Notes under the pieces: model-generated
The model's input: the letters and a program-made list of their open reading frames with translations, nothing else
Told to the model about the DNA's origin: nothing
Databases searched by the model: none
Origin: Lama glama
Taxonomy: Eukaryota
Reading direction: 5' to 3'
DNA length: 64,000 bases
Assembly (NCBI GenBank): GCA_028534125.1
Contig: CM052817.1
Span: forward strand, 31,436,001 to 31,500,000
In this document: positions 26,801 to 38,777 of the stretch, one piece after another
Layout of the letters: each line of letters opens with the position of its first letter
How positions within the stretch are numbered: position 1 is the stretch's first letter
Program-made: the position numbers and the translations under genes

Positions 26801-27699
26801 AATGAATCCCAGAGGCTGGGCTCGCTGAGCCATCATGGAGGCTGGCTACCACATTTAATCCCTACAGGTCATCCTTTCTGGGTAGAATAGGGTGGGTGAA
26901 AATAAAGATTTCCAGCACAGCAATCAATATTTATTGATTCCTTTTCCTTTCACAGAAGTTAACCTTCAAAACCTAGATTCATGCATTAGTTATTTGCCTT
27001 TCTCTGATTTGGACATGGCCATTGCTCAGTCTTTGGGCTACAGACATGTTGCTGGTCCAGTGGTACACATCTCATTTCTACCCTGGAGATACAATTCCGG
27101 CTCAAGTCCAGGCAAAGATTAATCTCTGCTCCTACTGCTGTTTCATCACCTACCCTTGATGTAATAACTTTCTTTCCTAGCCTGTACCAAGAAACTACCC
27201 ATTTTCCAACCCAAAGTTGATTTCTGGAGACTATTTAGAGTCCCCAAATCTTCACTACCTTGTATATTATTAGGTTTTTGTTGTTCAAGTGCTTCTGACT
27301 GTCAGTTTTCATCTGGTGGCCTCTGCGTGAGCAAACTGCCAAAAACACTCCCCAGAAAGAAGTTACATCAGCACTTGGTGGCTTTGTCTACTTTGGCAGG
27401 AGTGGGTCTAATTTACATTCTTACCAGTTTACTCCAGTGCTGTATTGGAGCCCCATACAGATATGCATCTATGCAGGCCAAGAAATGCAAAGGCAAATGT
27501 AGGTTACACAAGTGAGCGAAGCAGGTCAGAGTATGGTGTTGATTGTGCCAAAAATGCTGTGTCAAAGCCACAGGTAGAGGTATTCAAATTCAAAAAATTT
27601 GTAAATACTCCTACTCTCTCCTACATAACCATTTTTTCTCCTCTCTACTGGATCATTCCTAATACCATATAAATAAACTGTTACTTCACCCATTAAAAA

Positions 27700-28591
27700 C
27701 AAAACAAAATACTCTTGATCTTATTTCTTCCATCAGCTTTGCCCCTCATTTTCAGTAACATCTAGAAATGAGTAGTCTCTACTTGCTGCATCCAATTCTT
27801 CCCCTCCCACTTTCTCTTAACCCATTCCAGCCAAGCTTTTGTCCCTCCTACTTCCCCAAACTGCTCGTTAGGGTCACCAGTGTGTCGTATGCACTGCTAT
27901 AAACGATGGTCAATTCTAGAGCCGCATCCTACCTGAGCCCTCAGCAGCATTTGACACCATGTCCTCCAGGTTTTCCTGCTTCTCGGTCTCCTTTGCTGCT
28001 TTCTTCTCTTCCTCCCTCACCTCTTAAGCTGGGTTTAATGCTAGACTGCCCCAAAGCCCCTGATTTCTTTTTTCTGTCTCGTTCACTCCCTTATCTCACT
28101 CCTTCCTGTGTCTTAAAAACCACTGATCTGCTGATGACACCCAAATGTTCACCTCTAGCCCAGCTCCAGTGACTTCCAGACTTGCATGTCACACACACTC
28201 TCAAATTCTCCACTTGGATGTCTAGCGGACAGCTCAAATGAGCATGAAGACGTCTGAACTCCTTCTCTTCCTTCCTCCCCAGACTTGCTCTACCCATTCC
28301 TCTCCATCTTGTCAAGAGCAACTCCATTTTTCCAGTTGCTCAGGCCAATACTCTTAGAGTCATCTTTGACCTCTCTCTTTCCCTCACATACCAGTCCAAT
28401 ACATCAGGAGCGCATGCTAACTCTTCCTTAAAAATATATCCAAGAGTTTCAGCTTGAGATGACAAAAACGTCCCGGAGGTGGATAATGGTGATGATTGTA
28501 TGGAATGTGCGTGTACTTTATGCCACTGGACTGTATACTTACAAATGGTTAAAATGGTGAATTTTATGTTAGTTATAGTTCACCACAATTT

Positions 28592-28630
<39 letters not shown>

Positions 28631-29370
28631 TCTAACTCCTTTTCCCCACTCTTCTGTTACTACAAGGTGGAAGTCTCTGTCATCTCATCTGGATTATACC
28701 AACAGCCTCCTAACTTCTTCCTGCCTCTGCACTTAAGCCACTCTGTGGTTTATTCTCAGTGGCCAGAGTAATTCTTCTAAAACCTAGGTCAGATCATGCT
28801 ACCCATTGTCTCAAAAACCCACAGACTTTCCATCTCAAGGAGAGTTCCAGCCAATTTTCTCAAAATAGTCTATAAAACCCTCCGTGATCTGGTCTCCCAG
28901 TACCTCTTACCATCCCTCCAATGTGCTTGTGCTCATTTCACACCAGCCACACTGCCCCGTTGTGCCTCTGGGCCAGGGCTGCTCTCACCAAAGCTTCTTT
29001 GCTTTCGTTCTGCCTGGACCATTCATCCCCCAGGTGTCAGCCTTGCTCACTCTCTCCACTCCTTCAAGCCTGATCAAATCTCACCTTCTCAGTGAAGAGT
29101 ACCCTGACCCATCACTATTGCCACCTACACTCCACTCCCTCTTACTTCGCTCTACTTTTTCTTTTCTTTTTTTAATAGCATTTCTCACCTTTTAACATGC
29201 TCTGCAATTTATTTTTCTTTTCTTTCTTTTCACACTGTCTGTCTCCCCTACTAGAATGGAAACAGGGATCTTTGTCTATTTTGTTCACAGGTATCTCCCA
29301 AGAGGCTAAGATAGTTTTTGACACCTGATACGTACTCAGCAAGTATTGGTTGAGTGAATGAATATACGAA
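27700..29370 (+). mobile_element. L2 LINE 3' part, interrupted by an L1 fragment and (CA)n
   Basis: Pyrimidine-rich L2 body ending ACTCAGCAAGTATTGGTTGAGTGAATGAAT; L1-like insert at ~28445-28595. Confidence 0.8.
28595..28627 (+). repeat. (CA)n microsatellite
   Basis: Directly visible. Confidence 0.97.
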
Positions 29371-29508
29371 TAAATTGATCATCAAATTATAACCTTTTCA
29401 AAGCACCCACCTGTCTCGATTCAGTCCTACTGGGAACGTGGAAACTATCTGTGGACAGAATAAGCAGGTACAACACAATAAACAGTGAACAATAAGAGTG
29501 GGGATATA

Positions 29509-29617
29509 GGAAAAAGCATATGAAAAGGAATCCATGTATGTATGTGCATGACTGAAACATGCTGTGCACCAGAAATTGACATAACATTATAAACTGACTA
29601 TAGTTAAATTAAAAAAA
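29509..29617 (+). mobile_element. Very short L1 3' end
   Basis: CATGACTGAAAC...AAACTGACTATA plus A tail; 15-bp TSD AAGAGT(G/A)GGGATATA at 29494-29508 and 29618-29632. Confidence 0.8.
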
Positions 29618-29994
29618 AAGAGTAGGGATATAAGATTCGACGATGAAAGTCCTTGAAATCAGGGAAGATAAGAACCTAACTGTGTTTGTAGAAGGGAGTC
29701 TTATTAAGTAGTGAAGATAGAGAACAATTTGACCACAGGCTAAAGCAGAGTAAACTCTGTACTCAGCCTAGAAACCTTCCTAAGGTGATCCAGTACGGTG
29801 GGCTATGACCATTTATGGCCATGTTTTACTATAAACTAAAACCATTTAATATCACCAAAGCTAAGTGTCTATAACGGCCACTTTACTCCTTGAATAACTG
29901 CTGGCATGTTATAGTATTCTCTGTATCTTTCTGTACACTTGAAACATTTCAAAACTAAAATTCATAGATTTTAAAAACAGAAAACCTCAGAAAA

Positions 29995-30388
29995 CATGGA
30001 TGTTACTGGAGAATGTTATTCTAAGTGAAGTAAGCCAGAAAGAGAAAGAAAAATACCATATGAGATCGCTCATACGTGGAATCTAAAAAAAAATTTTTAA
30101 AAATCCAAAAATATAAAACAGAAACAGACTCATAGACACAGAATACAAACTTGTGGTTGCCAGGGGGACGGGGGGTGGGAAGGGGCTAGGATTTCACAAT
30201 GTAGAATAGATAAACAAGATTGTACTGTGTAGCACAGGGAAATATATACCGGATCTTGTGGTAGCTCACAGCAAAAGAGAATGTGACAATGAATATATAT
30301 ATGTTCACGTAAAACTGAAAAATTGTGCTCTACACTGGAATTTGACACAACATTGTAAAATAATTATAAATCAATTAAAATGTTAAAA

Positions 30389-30429
<41 letters not shown>
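29995..30429 (+). mobile_element. Young L1 3' end with (AAAT)n tail
   Basis: L1 3' UTR; perfect 19-bp TSD AACAGAAAACCTCAGAAAA at 29976-29994 and 30430-30448. Confidence 0.92.
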
Positions 30430-30431
<2 letters not shown>

Positions 30432-30809
30432 CAGAAAACCTCAGAAAATCAAGTAGGTCTGTGATTAGATAGTTAGGTAGCTATTCTAGGATTGAAAACT
30501 TTTATATGTACATGATTTTTAGTGATAGATGTAAAAGGCTTTTTATTTCTCTAATTCAGCCAACTGTCTCACCTTTTAGTCAATCAAAATTATCGTCTTC
30601 CTCACTAGCCCCAATAGGAAAACTAGCCTATCGCTTCCCCTTTCCAGTTTTCCTATGTCTGTGTGAGTCCACCAGAGTAACCCTGGCTTCTCCCTGAGCC
30701 TCATCCTTTACATCCAGTCCACCATTAATCTGTTCAAATTGTTTGGCTTTTTACTTCTTGTCTTCCAACCTAACACAAGACTTCAACAGCCCACACCTGT
30801 ATTTCTGCA

Positions 30810-30960
30810 TTTATTCATTTAATCCTCACAACGACCCCATGAAGTAGAAGCAACTTTACAGATGAGGAATCTGAGCAGAGAAGACCATCATTGCTGAGAA
30901 TCAGGGACTTATAAATGGAGACCCAGGATTGGAACCCAGGCCATCTGACCCCAGAGTCTC
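30810..30960 (-). mobile_element. MIR
   Basis: CATTTAATCCTCACAAC...TTTACAGATGAGGAATCTGAG...GAACCCAGG. Confidence 0.75.
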
Positions 30961-31029
30961 TACGGTTAACCTCTGAGGACCTGGTGTTGTTCAGTGACTG
31001 GATGAACAGGCCAAGTTCCCTGCCTCTGA

Positions 31030-31405
31030 CAGAGAAAGACAAATATCACATGATATCATTTATATGTGGAATGTAAAAAAAAATCATACAAGTTCTATTT
31101 ACAAGATAAAATAGACTCATGGACATAGAAAACAAACTATGGTTATCAAAGGGAAAAGGCAGGGGAGGGATAAAATAGCAGTCTGGGATTAACAGATACA
31201 CATTACTATATATGAAATAGATAAACAACAAGGGCCTACTATATAGCACAGGGAACTATATTCAATTTCTTATAATAACATATAATGGAAAAGAATCTGA
31301 AAAAATATATATGTATGTATATGTATAACTGAATCACTTTGCTGTACACCTGAAACTAACTTTGTAAATCAACTACACTTCAATAAAAAATTAAATTAAA
31401 AAAAA
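31030..31405 (+). mobile_element. L1 3' end (artiodactyl type)
   Basis: AGAGAAAGACAAATATCA...AGCACAGGGAACTATATTCAA...TGTAAATCAACTACACTTCAATAAAA; flanking repeat CCTGCCTCTGA. Confidence 0.87.
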
Positions 31406-31524
31406 TTCCTGCCTCTGAGCATTCTCTCTCTCAATCCATTCTATATCCTCATTTCCCTAAAAGTCTGTCTCAGCCAAATGCTCTACATCTTCACCATCTT
31501 CTCTGGTGACTAAAGCTGATAAAA

Positions 31525-31745
31525 CTGTATTGCAAAATTGCTAAGAGAGTAATCTTAAAAATTTCTCATCACACACATAGTCACATTATAACTATTCACA
31601 GTGACCGATGTTAACTAGACTTATTGTGGTGCTCATTTTGCAATGTATACACATACCAAATCATTATGTTGCACAGCTGGAGCTGATACAATGTTATATG
31701 TCAATAGACCTCAATAAAAAATAAAATTAAGTAAATAAAATAAAA
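31525..31745 (+). mobile_element. L1 (L1MA-like) 3' end fragment
   Basis: AAATTGCTAAGAGAGTAATCTTAAAA...ATGTTATATGTCAATAGACCTCAATAAAA. Confidence 0.75.
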
Positions 31746-32058
31746 TACTCTCCATTGCGTATGGCATCAAGATGGTATCTTTCCTTATTTCCAATGCCTT
31801 CCACGATCTGGCCAGCCACACCCTGACATAGTGATCACCAATTCCTATTACACCAGCTTCTATTCTTCTGTTCTCTGTTCTCACAGACATCTTACCAAAT
31901 TCTGCCTCTGGCTGGAAAAAGGCTTCCATAGCAATTCACTCCCACCTGCTCTTCCTTTGGGCTCCCAAAGCACATATGATCTGTCTTGTCCTGTGGCTCC
32001 TAATCAGGTACCATCTTAGATGGTGACTTACGTGTCTTGGTGTCGCCTTCCTCTCTCA

Positions 32059-32293
32059 CAGGGATTCTCAGTCTCACCACTGTTGACACTTTAGAATGAC
32101 GAATTCTTTATTGTGGGGTGCTGCCCTGTGTATTGTAGGATGTTTAGCAGCATCCTTGGCCTCTGTGCACTAGGTGCTAACAGCAACAGCTCCGTCCCCC
32201 CTCTATACCCTCCCCTCCCTCCCTAGGTGTGAAAACCAAAATGTTTCCAAGCATTGTCAGATGTCCCCTGAGGGCAAAAATCAAGAACCACTG
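32059..32293 (-). mobile_element. MER20-like hAT DNA transposon
   Basis: Termini CAGGGATTCTCA / AGAACCACTG and internal TGTAGGATGTTTAGCAGCATCCTTGGCCTCT. Confidence 0.85.
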
Positions 32294-32626
32294 AGCTAGA
32301 CCGTAAGCTCTTCAATTTCACAGTCTGAGTCTTATACTTTATTGTCTTGTCCATAGCATCCAGCCTTGGCGTCTGGTACACAGCAAAAACTCAATAGACA
32401 GCAGTTAACAACTCCTCCCCGATATCCACACCGTCACGTTACACCCTGGCTCTACTTTTCAGTAACTCCTTCCACCACACGATACCTCACAGCTCAATGA
32501 TGGCCGCAGGGAAAGCGAGGTTGACCAAGACCTTTTGACTAAGTGTAACAGCAAAGTTGAAGAAGACAGTTTCCGGAGCTTGTGGTAGGTCATGAGTCTA
32601 AACTTTTGTTCCAGATGTAGTAAAAA

Positions 32627-32716
32627 AGGAGGAGGAGGAAGAGGAGGAGAAAGAAGACGAGAGGGAGGAGGAAAGGAGGAAAGGAGGAGGAGGAGAAGAA
32701 GAGGAGCAGCAGCAGC
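32627..32716 (+). repeat. (GGA/GAA)n purine-rich low-complexity tract ending in (GCA)n
   Basis: Directly visible. Confidence 0.9.
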
Positions 32717-33629
32717 TTATTCAAAATGAAGCATCAATCCATGAGATGCTAAATGAAATGGTTAAAACCTGGTGTTCGTGGCTTTTTTCTGTATTAGGAC
32801 AGCATATGGGGTTGAGCAGGCTTTAGGGTCAGGGTACCCTGAAGTCAAATCATGGCTCTGCTTTCTTGTAGCAACAGTATGATTTGGGGCAATTACTCAG
32901 GAGCCTCAACTGGAAAATGTTGGAAATAAAACCTACCTACTAGGAAAAGCACGTCCCCACTCCTACCAACAAAGCTTCTACCATCTGCAGGCACTACAGT
33001 AAGATCTTTACTAACTCCCTCCCTCCTTACACATTGAAATAAGTCCTGTTCTTATCCCCACTTTACAGATGAAGAAACTGAGTAAAAGAGAGGTTCAGTA
33101 ATTTGTCCAAAGCCACGTAACTAAAAAGGCAGCTGAGCCAGAATGTAAGCCTTATGAGCTTGGCTGAGTCCCTGAACATAATGAGACCAGCCTTGTGGAT
33201 GAGAAGGTGACAGAAGAGAGCAGAGTGAGGTGCCTACAACCCAGCGGCTGCTCATTGAGTCTCTAGCCTTTCCCTCACTCAGCAAGTCTGTTCTGGGTGT
33301 TCGCAGGCAGATCTAAGGCAAACAAATAGAAGCAGATGTGGTTCTGCCTCTGAAGACAAAATGGGAAGAAGGCCAAGGAAGCCTTGGGCTGCCCTTCAGC
33401 TCCCAGCTCCCCTGTTCTGAGCCCATTCTCTGCCCTGTTCACTCCATTCAGGACACTGATGGGCTCCCTCCCCACTATCAACACAGCTCTCCCGAGAGGC
33501 TCTGAAGCTTTTTAGTAAGGTGTAAATGATATGATAGTAAACTGATGTAATAGGAAACACCTACTACAGTACTTCTTTTAAAGGCATTTTCATGTGTGTA
33601 AGCATGACACCTGTATTTGTCATGGTGAA

Positions 33630-33990
33630 GAAAGAGAGAGAAATTGATTTAAGGAATTGGTTCACACCATTGTGAGGGCTGGTGAGTCCAAAATCTGATG
33701 GGGTGAGCTGACAGGCTGGAGACTCCAGAAAGAGCAGCAGTTTGAGTTCAAAGGAAGTTTGCTGGTGGAATTTCTTCATGCTTAGAGGTCAGTCTTTGTT
33801 CTAGTAAGGCCTTCAACAGATTGGATGAGGCCCGCTCACATTATGCAAAGTAATCTGCTTTACTCAAAATCCACTGATTTAAATGTTAATTGCACCCCAA
33901 AAATATCTTCACAGAAACATCCAGAATAATGTTTAACCAAATACCTGGGCATCGTGGTCCAACCAAGTTGACCCATAAAATTAATCATCA
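33630..33990 (-). mobile_element. MLT2-like (ERVL) LTR
   Basis: AAGGAATTGGTTCACACCATTGTG...GATTGGATGAGGCCCGCTCACATT...AAGTTGACCCATAAAATTAATCATCA. Confidence 0.85.
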
Positions 33991-35118
33991 TTATACCTTA
34001 AATTTAAATACACAGAACTTTCAAAGACAAATTGCTGGCATTTGTTAGCACGAATGATACCTGAGGACTAGGAAAAGGCCTTGCCCTATTCATTGAACTT
34101 AGAACACATGACTACAACACCAGCAGAGTGGCCTATAAACCCAACAACAATCTCTCAGTTACTTTTGCTCTCTGCTGCAGCCTAGAATTTTAGGAGGAAG
34201 CTTTTTCAAAAATACTGACTTGTCCTGATTCAATAGCAAAGGCAATTGCCTTCAAACAGGGACAGAGCCACTCTGCCATGAGAGTATGATAAGGTTTTGT
34301 TCTGTCTCCCCGAAGACCAAGAATAGCGGTGCGCAGGAGGGCGGACTTCTGCTTCGTTTACGGCTCCTCTTCTGCCCAGGACAACTGCTGCGAAGTAGCT
34401 ACTGCCCACTAAGTAAGTGCTGAGCGAGCAAAAGACAAACTGTGGCAGTTTGTCTTCCAGTGCTCCCCGCTTTGGTGTGGCTCTCCAAGTCACCAGGCAT
34501 CTTTATTTACAGACTGAAGCACTGATTCACGACAAGGCAGGTATCAGTGATTATTCGATTCAGGGTCATTTACATCATCAAGGGTCTTCTGGGTGAGCGG
34601 TAAATGAAGAGTCATTTCCACATGCCATTACCGAAGCCATTCTTTCAACTGTTTAGCTCATTAACCTGCAGCGAGAAAGCTCTTTGGCACCTTTGGAAAA
34701 ATTCCCAATTTAGGCATAAATTCATGCATATTTGGCCTTTGTCAGAGAAAATCCAAAATGCCCCAGAGATGGGCAGTGACTATTTACCAGCTGGAAGGTT
34801 ATATTCGGGGTTGACGATGATCTGGAGCTTCCGCTCCCAGGCTTACATCTGCGCTGTTCTTTTCATCTGCTTCTTACTCCCCAGCAAATACTTTAATTAC
34901 ATATCGTGTACCAGCAAACCAGGAAAAGGGCATTGCATCCCGGCGTAATCTCTGTGACCTTTAGAAACTGGCACATCTGGGTAAGAGAGTCGAACCTCTC
35001 ATTTTATTTGGTATTTGCGTTCTTTCCTGGGAAGTCTTGCTCCCTCCGCTCCCATCTGTGCAAGGCTCCTAAGAGCATTCCTTCCACCTCCGGGCTTGTG
35101 CTGCTTGGGAACGGGTGT

Positions 35119-35132
35119 CCACCAGGGGGCGC
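35119..35132 (+). promoter_or_regulatory. CTCF consensus site
   Basis: CCACCAGGGGGCGC matches the CTCF core consensus and lies in a CpG-rich patch. Confidence 0.75.
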
Positions 35133-37159
35133 CGGAAGGGAGCGGATGGGGACGCTCCGCTTCTCGGACCAGCTCCCCCGGCGGCCGTCAGCCCAGCGGA
35201 TAACCGACAGACCAAGAGCTGTGGGACCACCGGTGTCGGGGGAGCCAAGCTGGTGGCGTTCCCTCCGTTTCTAATGTTTTCAGGTTTTTATTAGCGTAAC
35301 CTCGCGTTCATCCTCTGACGTTTCCGATGGTAGAGTTTCGTTTTGAGTCAGTGCTGCAAGTGAAATTCGTTCCTCCTGAATTTGATCGTAATGACAGGCA
35401 GATGGCCGCTGATTTTTATTTGAAAACTGGCTCATTTTAAGAACTGCCTTTAGCCAAACACCAGGCTTGTCGCCCAACCCACACGATCCAGGCTGTGGTT
35501 TTAGGGCAAGGAATTCTGGTGCAGCTGCAGCCACAGCTGAAGGGCTCAGGGGTCGGAAACCCCTAGAAAACCTGTGGCTTTGGAAAAATGGCCCTGGGCG
35601 ATTAGAGCTGATCTCTGAGTTCACTACAAGAGCGCCCCCCCCTTTTTTCCTTCCCGGAAATCTACAAAAGGCCAAACCTCCTCACGACTATAATAATTTC
35701 CACCACTAGATCTATTTAAGGGACTTTTGATGGCAGATACATTTTAATGGACTTAACCCATGTCATCTGGGGGGTGTGACACAAGCTAGCTTTTTTTTAG
35801 CCTGGATTTCTACTTCTGAGCAGGCACCAGAAAAGGTTTTCTGTACACCAAACCAAGAATCCACACCAATGAGGGAAAGAAAGAAAAGGAAATAGAGGGA
35901 GGGAGAGAGGGGGAGGGACAGCGGGAGGAAAGAGAGCAAGTGAGAGGAAGGACTGACGGACGGACAGTGAGTTTTTCACAGAACTATTCATTCAGTTTAG
36001 AGTTATCCTTTATTCTGAGCTTATGCCCTCTGCGTATTTGTAGCATTAAAATTATCCTTGTTTTGTGCGTGTGCCTCCTTTGGTATTAAAAGGACGCTCC
36101 TTTCATCAGAACTGCTAAAAGACCGCTGTTTCCTTTCGATAGTAAAATGTCCGTTCTTCTAAGAAATGATAGTCACCAGAGATGTTACTGTTCTTGAATG
36201 TATTGACAAAGTAAGTTAGCAACCCTAGGTTAGATCCAAAACTGTTTCTTGACCTTACCCTGTCTGTGAAACCTCCAAGTAAGCAAACAACTACATGAGG
36301 AGATTTATTTGTTCCTAACAGAAACAGGCAGCCAGCTCATGGGACAGTAACTGGTAAATCTGGGTGGAGGAGAAGGGTGCTGTGTGTGGGGAAGGGGCCA
36401 GGAGACTCTGGAAGCCCGGGGAGCTGGACGGGGCACTGGGCACCAGGGGAGGTAGTGTCCTGGGAGTAAAGGTGCTGATAGGAAAGGCAGAGTCTCCCTG
36501 AAGACTGACGGCTGGTGTGTTCACAGCTTCAGCCGGGCAAAGCCCAGGCACCAGACATTCCACCATCATCCTTGTTTGCTCTATGCAGGATTTTATTCCT
36601 TCCCAGTCCGGTCGTGAGCTGGTGTGAGGCAGACTTTGCAGGCATCTTGCACACAACTCCTCTGCCCCCAGGTCTCAGAGCAGTGTTTGCTAGAAGACTG
36701 TCATCTGTGGGCCCAAGGTTCATGAGGGGCTCACAGACATCACACCCCAGACATCTGGCCCACCTGGGATGTGAGTGCTTGGTCACCAGACCCGCTGGCA
36801 GCCAGCACGGGGCAGGGCGCCCTCTGGGCAGAAAGGGGACAGACACGGGGCAGTGGGCTTCCCTGCACAGCAGGGGCGTCTGCTGAGCACCTGCGGGTCA
36901 CACGAGGAGGCGTGGAAACCTCCCGGATGCAGTTCCAGATGGTGGCCGTAGTTAGCATTACTGCTCCAGATCTCAGGCAGTTGCAGGGGATAAAAGTGAA
37001 GTGATTTAGAAGCAAAAGACATATACTAGTGTCCGTATTAACACTGAGCCTATTTTTGAGAAAGGGGACCAACTCTAGCCTGAGGCCACATGGCAGTCAA
37101 AGTGGCCAAGTCTGGTTTTGGTCCGTGGCTCTGCCCGCTGTTGCTGCTGAATTAGTAAT

Positions 37160-37630
37160 CTACTGTTGGAAACAAATTAGCTCCAAACGTAGAGGCATAA
37201 AACGTTTATTATCTCACAGTTTCTGCGGGTCTGGAGTCCAGGCACAGCCTAGCTGGGCGCCTCTGAATCAGGCTGAGAAGTTCACAAAGCTCATGAAATT
37301 GCTGTCGAGCTCGGCTGGACTGAGCAGGAGAACCCAGGGCCAAGTTCATAAATATGGCTGTCGCTGGCCTTGGTGCCAGGCGTGGTTCCTCGTGATGGGG
37401 ATTCTCCACAGGCCACCCGAGAATGTTGCAGGCCTGGCAGCTGGTTATCCAGGAGACAGAGAGCCCAAGAGCATGGAGACAGAAGCCACAGTCCTTTGTA
37501 ACCTAATCTCCAGGTAACACTCCATCCCTCCTTGTATCATATTCATTTATGCTCATGGAGAAGGATGCATAGGGGTATGAACAGCAGGTAGGGGACATCA
37601 CTGGGCATCTCAGAGACAGGATGGCCTGTG
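37160..37630 (-). mobile_element. MLT1-like (MaLR) LTR
   Basis: TTTATTATCTCACAGTTTCTGCGGGTCTGGAGTCCAGGCACAGCCTAGCTGGG, typical reversed MLT1. Confidence 0.7.
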
Positions 37631-38494
37631 CTGCCATTCTCCATATCCTCAAATTAATTGTAAGAGAAATGACAGAAGATATTAACTTGGAGAGGCTGGT
37701 GTGGTACTCAAACACAATAAGGAGTAAGAGGAGGCTTTGAAAGCAGAGGCCTGAGAAAGGCAGTGTGATCAAGGGGTCCTGACCTCAGCCCCTAGCTCAC
37801 ATTATGGAGATGAGTCCAGAAAACTGCATTTTAACAGTACCCCAAGCCCCCTGAAGGCACATGAAGACTTAAGAACCACTCATATAAATTACTTATTTTC
37901 TCTTTACTTCATAAATTGGGAGGAAAAGACAGAGAAGTCAGGTGATGATGAGGGGAGCAGGGTAGAAAGGTGGTGAGCTTTCTGGATCCCCAGCTCTCCT
38001 CCCTGGTCCCTGTCCTCTAAATAGTTATGCTGGGCTGGGTCTGTTCTCAGAGGAACCATTAGGTGGGAGACACAGCCAATCACATTTCACAGAGTGACCC
38101 TCACCAGAGAGGGGAGGCATGGGTGTCTCACTGTTCAGTGTGCACTTAACCCCCTTGACTTCAACAAGGAGCTCCCCACTTGCCCTCCTCTGTCCACAGA
38201 AAATTCTCACTTGGTTTCTCCGGAGAATAAACCCAGGGGGAGAAAGGCAGCTGCCTCGCTCTTCCGGGTGAAGGTAGGACTCTAGGTATCTGTCCTTCAT
38301 TGCGGTTCTGAACCAGTCCTGACATTTCCAGTCCTACCCATCACTGCATGATTGCAAACTGGGCTTCCAGCTTCTGAGTCTTTCCAGGGCACTGTGATGA
38401 GTGGGCTTGCTTTTCTTTGCACCATCCCCTGACCCCAGAGAGCTGGGTTTCAGCTTTCTTCACTTTTTCACTGTTTTTAAATTGGATGTCTAGC

Positions 38495-38777
38495 CAGAGA
38501 ACAAACTTGTGGTTACCAGGGAGGGAGGGGAGTGGGAGGGGATAAACTGAGAGTTGAGATTTGCAGATACTAACTGATATATATAGAATAGATAAACAAG
38601 TTTATACTGCATAGCACAGGGAACTATATTCGGTATCTTGTAGTAACTTATTGTGAAAAGAATATGAAAACGAATATATGTATATCCATGTATGACTGAA
38701 GCATTGCGCTGTACACCAGGAATTGACACAACATTGTAAACTGACTATACTTCAATAAATGTGTATATATATACAAA
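38495..38777 (+). mobile_element. L1 3' end
   Basis: L1 3' UTR motifs; 16-bp TSD AAATTG(G/T)ATGTCTAGC at 38479-38494 and 38778-38793. Confidence 0.88.

Noticed and set aside
37029..37517. 162-aa ORF and similar ORFs of 100-170 aa (46750, 47260, 58789, 62603, 11636)
   Set aside because: No recognisable domain; several overlap LTR or low-complexity sequence or start at non-ATG codons. Lengths like these arise by chance in 64 kb.
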